From the NCBI GenBank assembly GCA_035559535.1, contig DATMBG010000022.1, positions 172,568 through 192,567 of the forward strand: a stretch of 20,000 nt of DNA, written 5' to 3'. Origin of the DNA: Candidatus Limnocylindrales bacterium (GTDB lineage Bacteria > Moduliflexota > Moduliflexia > Moduliflexales > JAUQPW01). Each line of letters starts with the position of its first letter. The stretch's first letter is position 1. Positions 8,613 to 16,000 of this stretch are shown here, in pieces. The position numbers and the translations under genes were made by a program. The notes below the pieces were generated by a model. That model saw only the letters and a program-made list of their open reading frames with translations, made no database searches and was not told the DNA's origin.

Positions 8613-9761
8613 TTGTTGTCAGAAAAATTTCGGATTCTCCAAATTACAACGGGAACTACCTGGAGTGGCGGGCAAGAACAGGTTTATCAGCTCAGTAAAG
8701 GGCTTGCTGAAAAGGGTCATGAGGTTACTGTGATATGTCCACCGGGAAGTAGTTTGGGCGACAAACTGGAAAAAATCCATATACCTGTGGAGCGTATCCC
8801 GATGCGTAAGGAATGGGACTTTCTAGCTGTCCCTCAAATTATCCGGGTACTGGTTCAGCGAAAAGTGGATCTGATTAATGCCCATAGACCGACGGCGCAT
8901 ATGCTGGCCTGGATTGCGACCTTTTTCCGGAAGACTCGGGCCTTCATCGTAACACGCCGTGTTGCACTTCCCATAAAAAATCCCCTCTCTGCAAAATTTA
9001 AATACCGTTTTAGAGTATCAAAAATCATTGCGGTTTCGCAAAGTGTTAAACAGGTTTTAATAGACTCCGGAATCCCTTCCACCCAGATTGAAGTCATCTA
9101 CAGTGGTACGGATCTGGCGCGATTTAATCCGGCTCAGGTGGACGGAACTTCCTTCAGGAAAAACCTTGGACTGGATCTTTCCCAACCCTTGATAGGGGCC
9201 ATTGGAAATCACTCTTCCCACAACTTTAGAGGTTACTCCTATTTTTTAGAGGCTGCAGCCAGGATCCTTCAGGTTGCTCCCCGGGCACGATTTATCTTGA
9301 TCGGACGGGGAACGAATTCCCAAGAACTTCTTGCTTTAAGCAAAAAGCTTCATTTAGATCCTCATCTCTCCTTTCTTGGATTTCGAGAGGATATTCCAGA
9401 AGCACTGGCCGCCCTAGATATTTTAGTAAATCCTGCTCTTACAGAGGGATTCTCCGGGGTCATTCGAGAGGCAATGGCCATGAGAAAACCTGTGGTAGCT
9501 ACCCGGGTAGGTGGGAACCGGGAGCTGATCCAGGACGGAATCAACGGATTTTTAGTACCCCCTGCCGATGCCCATAGCCTGGCCGAGAAAATACTTTATC
9601 TTCTGAATCACAAAGACCTTGCATTGAACATGGGAAATCAGGGTCATGCACTGGTTGAAGAAAAATTCTCTATCCAGAAGATGGTGGAAAATACAGAGCG
9701 GCTATACGAACAGGTCCTTCAGAATACAGATAACCCTTCAAATGCCTGTTCCCTATTATGA
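8613..9761 (+). CDS. GT4-family glycosyltransferase
   Basis: WSGGQEQ N-terminal motif, FLGFREDI, EGFSGVIREAMA (EX7E), PVVATRVGG..E.I.DG.NG; TTG start. Confidence 0.93.
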   Translation: MLSEKFRILQITTGTTWSGGQEQVYQLSKGLAEKGHEVTVICPPGSSLGDKLEKIHIPVERIPMRKEWDFLAVPQIIRVLVQRKVDLINAHRPTAHMLAWIATFFRKTRAFIVTRRVALPIKNPLSAKFKYRFRVSKIIAVSQSVKQVLIDSGIPSTQIEVIYSGTDLARFNPAQVDGTSFRKNLGLDLSQPLIGAIGNHSSHNFRGYSYFLEAAARILQVAPRARFILIGRGTNSQELLALSKKLHLDPHLSFLGFREDIPEALAALDILVNPALTEGFSGVIREAMAMRKPVVATRVGGNRELIQDGINGFLVPPADAHSLAEKILYLLNHKDLALNMGNQGHALVEEKFSIQKMVENTERLYEQVLQNTDNPSNACSLL

Positions 9762-10882
9762 TCTCACCTTCCACGGCAGTTCTTTTATACCATCATGTAG
9801 ATCCCCACGATGCCATTAAACCGGAAGTGTTTGATTGGCAGATGAAGTATCTTCAACAGCATGGCTATTCGGTTGTTTCCCTCGGTGAATTGGTACAGGG
9901 GATGAAAGGGGAGCGGGATCTTCCTAAAAAATCCGTTGTAATTACCTTCGATGACGGTTTTTTAAATACCTGGGTGTACGCCTATCCGATTTTAAAAAAG
10001 TATCAGTTTAAAGCCACCCTCTTTATGATCACGGGTCTTGCAGGAAATCCCTCGACTCCGCCCCGTTTTAACCTGGAGGACGTTTTGAAGCGAAGGTGTC
10101 AGGAAAAAGATCTGTACCGGCGAGGTCATATTTTCCATCCTTCCCTTTCAGAGAGAGCACAGGATCCAGATCGTGAACTTCCGGATTTTCTAACCTGGAA
10201 AGAATTAAGGATCATGGAAGCCAGCGGAATTATCGATGTTCAATCCCACAGTCGCTGGCACAGTTCGGTCTATCGAAGCGAAAAAATTGTAGAATTTCAT
10301 ATCCCTGCCTTTGTAAATAGAAAATGGCCCATAGAAGGGGATTGCCGATTGGGGACCCCCATGTATCAACGCGGTTCGGCAATGGCTACGCGGAAGTATC
10401 TGGGTGATCCGCTCCTGGCCGAAACTCTGATCCAGTATGTTAACCGGCACGGGGGTGAAGATTTCTTTAAAGGCAAAAGAAAAGCCGACATCGATAAAGC
10501 CCTGATGGAAGTCGTCCGGGCCTACAAAGCCTGCCACAAAGTAGAAGATCGTTATGAGGATGAATTTTCCTGGCAGGAGCGGGTGAAAGCAGAACTCTTA
10601 GAGTCGAAACGAGATATTGAAAAGCACCTGGACAAAACCTGTCGTTATTTAGCCTGGCCCTGGGGGGAATATAACGCGGCAGCCCTTGCAATAGCCCGGG
10701 AAGTAGGCTACGAAGCGGCAGTTACCACAGAACGAGGGGCTAACGTCCCCGGAGGGGATGTGATGCGAATTAAACGGTTTAAAATCTGGAAACCCGGCCG
10801 GCTGGCCTTCGTTTTAGGGCTCCTTATCCATACCCATGCAACCTTTGCCCGAATCTATGCCCGACTCTATGGCTGGCTATAA
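9758..10882 (+). CDS. Polysaccharide deacetylase (CE4/NodB family) with a large insertion
   Basis: LLYHHV, ITFDDG, QSHSRWH, LAWPWG; start overlaps the GT4 stop (ATGA). Confidence 0.92.
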   Translation: MISPSTAVLLYHHVDPHDAIKPEVFDWQMKYLQQHGYSVVSLGELVQGMKGERDLPKKSVVITFDDGFLNTWVYAYPILKKYQFKATLFMITGLAGNPSTPPRFNLEDVLKRRCQEKDLYRRGHIFHPSLSERAQDPDRELPDFLTWKELRIMEASGIIDVQSHSRWHSSVYRSEKIVEFHIPAFVNRKWPIEGDCRLGTPMYQRGSAMATRKYLGDPLLAETLIQYVNRHGGEDFFKGKRKADIDKALMEVVRAYKACHKVEDRYEDEFSWQERVKAELLESKRDIEKHLDKTCRYLAWPWGEYNAAALAIAREVGYEAAVTTERGANVPGGDVMRIKRFKIWKPGRLAFVLGLLIHTHATFARIYARLYGWL

Positions 10883-10924
10883 AGAATCTGATCGGGAACC
10901 GGTTAAAACCATGAATCCTTACCA

Positions 10925-10979
10925 TGTAAGGGCGTAAGGCCTTACGCCCCTTGTACGGGCGGAGGGCCTCCGCCCCTAC
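10925..10979. repeat. Tandem pair of GTAG-type REP hairpins
   Basis: Minus strand GTAGGGGCGGAGGCCCTCCGCCCGTAC followed by AAGGGGCGTAAGGCCTTACGCCCTTACA; both are GGGCG...CGCCC palindromes. Confidence 0.8.
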
Positions 10980-11189
10980 TTCCAATAGCGCACGGGCATA
11001 ATCTAGCAAGCAGCAATGTGCTCTCGTCTTTGATCTGGAAATTCTGCAATAATTTCCTCAGTAGTATGGGCCGGCTGCAAGGTACCTAAGAATAAGACTC
11101 CCAGGAATTTTAGTCCCTTTTATTCGGGGTTTACCCCGAAGCACATCAGCCGTACTTATAATACGATCTCTCCAGTCTACCCGTATCAT
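10980..11189 (-). pseudogene. DUF433-family (antitoxin-like) pseudogene, last cassette of the array
   Basis: RBS GGAGGA then ATG at 11189: MIRVDWRDRIISTADVLRGKPRIKGTKIPGSLILRYLAAG, frameshift near 11070 (stop TGA 11060-11058), HTTEEIIAEFPDQRREHIAAC in another frame, second frameshift near 11006, LDYAR. Matches the DUF433 pattern GKP.I.GTRI.V..IL..LA.G...EEI...FP.L...I.A.L.YA. Not called by the ORF track. Confidence 0.85.
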
Positions 11190-11208
11190 ATCCTCCTTTC
11201 GCATTAGG

Positions 11209-11285
11209 GCCTAAAGGCCTGCACTTCACCTGCGGCGAACCGAACGCAACGAGGCGAAGCCGTCAGGTGCAAGCGCATGTTAGCA
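11209..11285 (-). mobile_element. Integron attC site (77 bp) with mutated R' core
   Basis: Minus strand: TGCTAAC(R'')-ATGCG-CTTGCACC(L'')-TGACGGCTTCGC...TTCGCCGCA-GGTGAAG(L')-TGCAGGCC-TTTAGGC(R', GTT changed to TTT). The extra base in L'' fixes the minus strand as the top strand. Confidence 0.88.
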
Positions 11286-11504
11286 CGCACTAGGGTAGCG
11301 CTGTCCGTTTGCCCGGTACCAGGCTTTCTCGTAAAATCAGGTTATCGATATTCGTAATATCCTACGACTCTTATCATCTGCATTTGCTTGACAACTTTAA
11401 TTTCAGCTACTTAGATAAACTACTACAGAAAGATTGTCCGAAAAAAAACGGTTAGTTCTGCAAATCGGTCATAACGTGTTGATGCAATTTAGATAATGTG
11501 ACTC

Positions 11505-11570
11505 ACTTTAAAATACTTGTACATATTATGTCAAGAAAATTTTTCTTAAGTTAAGAAAAATTTTCTTAAC
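11505..11570 (-). promoter_or_regulatory. Perfect 17-bp inverted repeat (operator-like) abutting a putative TTGACA -35 box
   Basis: AAGAAAATTTTTCTTAA-G-TTAAGAAAAATTTTCTT (11533-11567); each arm is itself nearly palindromic. Minus-strand TTGACA (11534-11529)-N18-TAAAGT. Confidence 0.55.
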
Positions 11571-11597
11571 TATAGTTTTTACAGGTATTGCAGCAAA

Positions 11598-13091
11598 TCA
11601 CTCCTGCTCCAAAGTTGCAAGTATCTCTTTACAGTACCCCTCAGCGGTCTGTCGTTCATAATCGTAAAGCGATTGATCTCGATTGTGAGCCAAAGGAGTT
11701 CTTATTTTTGATAATAATTGGGCACGTTGATCCCAGTAGTTCTTGTCTTTGCCAAAAATATCTCTGAAAATTGCCCATTCAGCAAAGATAATGTCGAACA
11801 GGTCTCGCGGATAAGTGAACTCGATCAAATTTCGAGATGCTCTGCTTCCAAAAGACTTTTCCTCTCTCTGTTGTACTTCTGTACACCTCTCAAAAATCGG
11901 CTTCAAATTTGGTCTCGCCTTACACAACTTATCAACCCACTGCTCACCATACTGTTCTCTCATCTTTTCTGTAATCAGCCGTCGCAAAGCCACCTCAGTT
12001 TTCTTCCATAAAGGCCATAAATCAACCTGGCGCCCAATCATTTTCAAATAGGTCTGAAAATGTTCTGAAAATGCCACATAATTCCCTTGTTCAGTGAGTT
12101 TGACGAGGCCATATCTTTGTAGTTCTTCCGCATCGGTTGGTCGGGCCTCAATAACAGGGCCGAATAGAATTTGCAGAATCTTACTTAGGCTTTTATCCTC
12201 ACGAAGTACGTCAAGCATGTGTTCATAATGATGAATAAAAGATTGTTCGACTCGCTTAACCGCTTGGCTTACATCAACTACATTAGTTTCCCGAAATAGT
12301 TCCACCACCTCGTATCCCACCATATCGAGAAGATAAGGATGACCGCCGCAATAATACAGAAAGCCTTCTCTAATTTGCGGTGTTATGCTGATACCAATTG
12401 ATGATAAACGTGCAAGATACGCCTCAAATGCCTCATCATCAAACATACCAAGATAATAGTTCTGGAAAACACCTTCTAACGTTGAAATAGCCTTTGTCTG
12501 GAATTCAATACTCTGCAGAGATCTGCGAGATGTTGTTATTAAAGTCACCCGCCATTCCGGGCGATATGACAATTCGCGAAGCCCTTGAAAACTTGAAATA
12601 TCTCCCCGAAAAAGATGACGTGCATGATCAAACTCGTCCAGAATAAAAAGAATGCGTATTCCGGCTTGGCGAACTTTCTCAAAATATCGCTGTATACGTC
12701 CGTAACCTTCACTCCACGAGACCTCATCTTTTAGGGCGCCTTCTGCCGCTCTCTTTACTGTATCAGTCAACCATCCCAGACCTTCTATCTCATCATAACT
12801 GTTTGTGACAAGCGAGCGGAAAAATATCGGCGCTTGATCAAAGGTCGCCAGATTGATCCAAATCGGAATGCGTTTTTTCTCCAGCAAGTCACTTTTGCGT
12901 GTCATTATGGAATGATAAACCAGACTACTCTTTCCAATTCGATAATCACCAATAAGTGCCAGATTTCCTGGCTCTGTTGGTCGGATGACTCGATTTTCAA
13001 CGGCACGAATGGCATCAGGGCGGTTTATAAAGCGCTCTCCATATACAATGTTTCCGTAATCACTGAAAGGATTAGCAAAATCACGCTCCAT
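11598..13091 (-). CDS. STAND-like (AAA+) ATPase fused to a C-terminal Swt1-like HEPN ribonuclease domain
   Basis: NPF...F.NR, Walker A GDYRIGKSS (aa 48-56), Walker B FILDEFD, GGHPY (GxP-type motif). C-terminal TEVALRRLI...W...FTYPRDLFDII..W..F...F...RTPLAHNR contains the HEPN RxxxxH motif (R464/H469). Confidence 0.82.
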   Translation of the reverse strand: MERDFANPFSDYGNIVYGERFINRPDAIRAVENRVIRPTEPGNLALIGDYRIGKSSLVYHSIMTRKSDLLEKKRIPIWINLATFDQAPIFFRSLVTNSYDEIEGLGWLTDTVKRAAEGALKDEVSWSEGYGRIQRYFEKVRQAGIRILFILDEFDHARHLFRGDISSFQGLRELSYRPEWRVTLITTSRRSLQSIEFQTKAISTLEGVFQNYYLGMFDDEAFEAYLARLSSIGISITPQIREGFLYYCGGHPYLLDMVGYEVVELFRETNVVDVSQAVKRVEQSFIHHYEHMLDVLREDKSLSKILQILFGPVIEARPTDAEELQRYGLVKLTEQGNYVAFSEHFQTYLKMIGRQVDLWPLWKKTEVALRRLITEKMREQYGEQWVDKLCKARPNLKPIFERCTEVQQREEKSFGSRASRNLIEFTYPRDLFDIIFAEWAIFRDIFGKDKNYWDQRAQLLSKIRTPLAHNRDQSLYDYERQTAEGYCKEILATLEQE

Positions 13092-13099
13092 CTTTCACC

Positions 13100-16000
13100 T
13101 CACCGATGAGCGAGCAGCCATTCCCTGAATAGCCCAACGCGAATAGAGTAGTATTGCCCTCGTTCGCGTTCGATAACGTCTCGCCTAACAAGATCTTCGA
13201 GAATCTCATCAGCGGGTGTTTTCGTCTCGCAAGCAATATTGCTTCGGCCGCAGGGTCCGGTGCGACTATTTTCGGCAATCGAGGTCAGTACTTTTAACAC
13301 ATCTTTATCGCTAATCGCATCCGGCGATGTATCGCCAGAGTTGATCAAGTTGTCAAACTTGTCTTTTCCTAGCGCATTCACCCCGCGAATGAGCTCGTCT
13401 TTCACCTGTTCCACATCAGCCTCTGTAACAAGACTGGCACGTTTGCGATTCATATACTCAACCAATCTATTACACAAAATCTGGATGTAGAAAGGACTTC
13501 CCGCTGTAAGCTCCAGAATACGCTCAATGGCGCGTTCCCGATAACGGCTTTCCCCGAAACGTCCACCGATACGAATCGGCTCATCAATCAATCGCATAGC
13601 ATCTTCTCTCCTGAGATAAGTCACCCTTTCATCTTGCGTTGTCCCAAATTCGTTTGGAAAACGTTGCTTGAACTTGGGCATCACATCCTGTCCAACGAGC
13701 ACCGCGTTGAAAAAGTTATCTTGTAATAAGGCTTTCCAGTTCTTCATAAATGATTCTGGGATGAACTCATTCATAATATACCCATAAATGTATGAGAACT
13801 CGTCTATCAACAGAATAACTCGCATCCCTTGCCAGTCAGGTAAATTGGTAGTAGCCCGGCGAAAACTTTCAAAAATATCTCTGAAAAGTACTAATGGGCT
13901 TGGGTGCTGATAAAATTCCAAATCTGCAGGGAATGAAATCCCTGGCGGATTTTTGCCTTGTGAAACTTTATCCTCAATAGCATCTCGCAGCGCCTTCAGG
14001 ATTGTCCAAAGAATCTGATAGAGGAAAGGAACTTTTGAGTGTTCATCTAGAATCGCTCCGATATTGCCTATATTAAGAACAAGCAAATCATCTTTTGTCT
14101 CCAGTCTCTTTTTTAGATGATACAGAATAGATGACTTGCCAGCGCGCTTTTGCCCATAAATCACTACACACTTACTTTGGCTTCGCGATGTTTCAAGCGC
14201 TTTGGCCACATTTGCAATCAGGTCATCGCGCCCATAGAACATCGTTGGCTCGCCGACAATGCCACCTTCGGCATAAGGAGCGTATGGGTTTTCAATTTCC
14301 TCAAAATCCTGTTCTGAACTTAACCGAATTGAGAAATTGGCAGCAGGCGTCTGTTGAATTTCTCCAGACCGCGTGCGGTAACGAGCATGTATAGGAAGTG
14401 AAAAAGCTTGGGCAGAGAGGGCCTCTTCACTCAGTTGAATAGGGACCCTCAAGATGCGCTGCTCGCCACCTCGCAAAGACCCATCCAATCTGACAGAAAA
14501 CGTATCCTCATACTCTTGCACAACTAACTCTAACGCCTCCGCAGGACTGCATCCTGTTCGATTACTAACTACGACCTGGACTTCTATAGAACGGTCATTG
14601 TCAGGTGTACAGGTTTCAATAGGCAAGCGTAAGGTCAATTGAGGCGTTGAAGTTTCATAGAGCTGTTCCAGGTAAACTTTTGTCTTCTCTTGGATACTCT
14701 TGACAAGCGGATACATCTCCTCTACCGAAATCTTTGTTGAACTTGCTTCAATCTCTCTCAGCAAGTCCTGGCATCTGTTCTCAATTTGAATGCAAAGTCG
14801 TTCCTTTTCTTCAAAGACTGTTTGAACACATAGGTCTAGAGCGGTTTCCAGTACTTTCTGTATTTGTATAGCCCTCTGTCGATCTAGGTCAAAAAAGAGA
14901 TTTTCAGCAATCGCCTTGACCCTTTCTATACCGTGTTCAAGGGAAGCGGCGGTCAGTTCAACCTGAGCCAACGCGCGAAGCTCATTGAGCAAGGAACGTT
15001 GTTCATCCAGTTTTTTCCTCACCAATTCGTTCCATAATTTGACAAAATCATCTAATTTTTTGACGGGCCCAACGCTTATACCTGATGCCCTTAAATACTC
15101 TAGCGCCATTGCCTGTAGTGACGATTTGTCATAAAGGCGGTTAAGCAAGCGACTAGCCGCATACCGGCTGCGGAAAACAAGATAAGCAATCGCCTCAAAG
15201 ACTTTGTTTCGATCTGGGTGATGAGTTAGCACATATTCGAGTGTTTCATCAATGGAAGGTATGCTGGGCTTGATGGGAATTTGCGCTGGTCCCATAGTCG
15301 AAAACAGAAATCTTACCAGAGCATTAACTGCATCTTGTTCAATCCCTTGGCTCCGATCTCCATCGTATGCACTTAACGACTCGCAGTAAAACTCCCGTGC
15401 TGCGTCTAACGGTCTATTTTCAACAACAATTGCATCACCAGAAGAAGCGAAGCTACGACAAAGGTACTTGTAGAACTGATTGGGATCTTCATCTTCCAGC
15501 AAGGAAGCTATTTTTGCCGCAGATAAATAGTAACCAGCGCGCTCCCGCGGGCGAATAGTTCGAGAACGTGTTGCTAATTGCTCCAGTGTGAAAATATCAT
15601 TGCGATCAAAATTCCGGCTTTGAATGTGATCCGCTCGCACTCCCTGATAATCACAACGCTCTAAGAAAAACCTAGCGAAGCCACTAATCTCTCTAGATAC
15701 GTCCGATAGTGCTGTCTCTACAATGATCTCGTTAATCGGAAGCATCTGCCCCGCTTGAGCTTGTTTGATCGCTTCCAACAATTCTACAGCCTGCGCGTCA
15801 GGCGCAGTTTTCAGAATGCGATTCAGGATTTGTTCTGCTTCTTTGTAGCGGCCTTGTTTGAAGAGACAAAGCGCAATATTCCTCTGCGCTGTACGATTAT
15901 CAGGCTGTGAACGTAGCACTTGGCGGAAAGTCTGTTCGGCCAAAGCATAATCTTCTTTCCTGAGATATCCAATGGCAATCTGCCATAAGATTTGCGCCTT

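Noticed and set aside
10824-11009. 61-aa ORF MLDYARALL...
   Set aside because: It is the C-terminal fragment of the DUF433 pseudogene reading through the REP hairpins.
11389-11407. Minus-strand GCTGAAA-TTAAA-GTTGTCA as the displaced L'/R' half of the broken attC at 17803-17866, implying insertion into attC
   Set aside because: The match is short, does not fit GTTRRRY and the spacer is unlike this attC family; it is compatible with chance.
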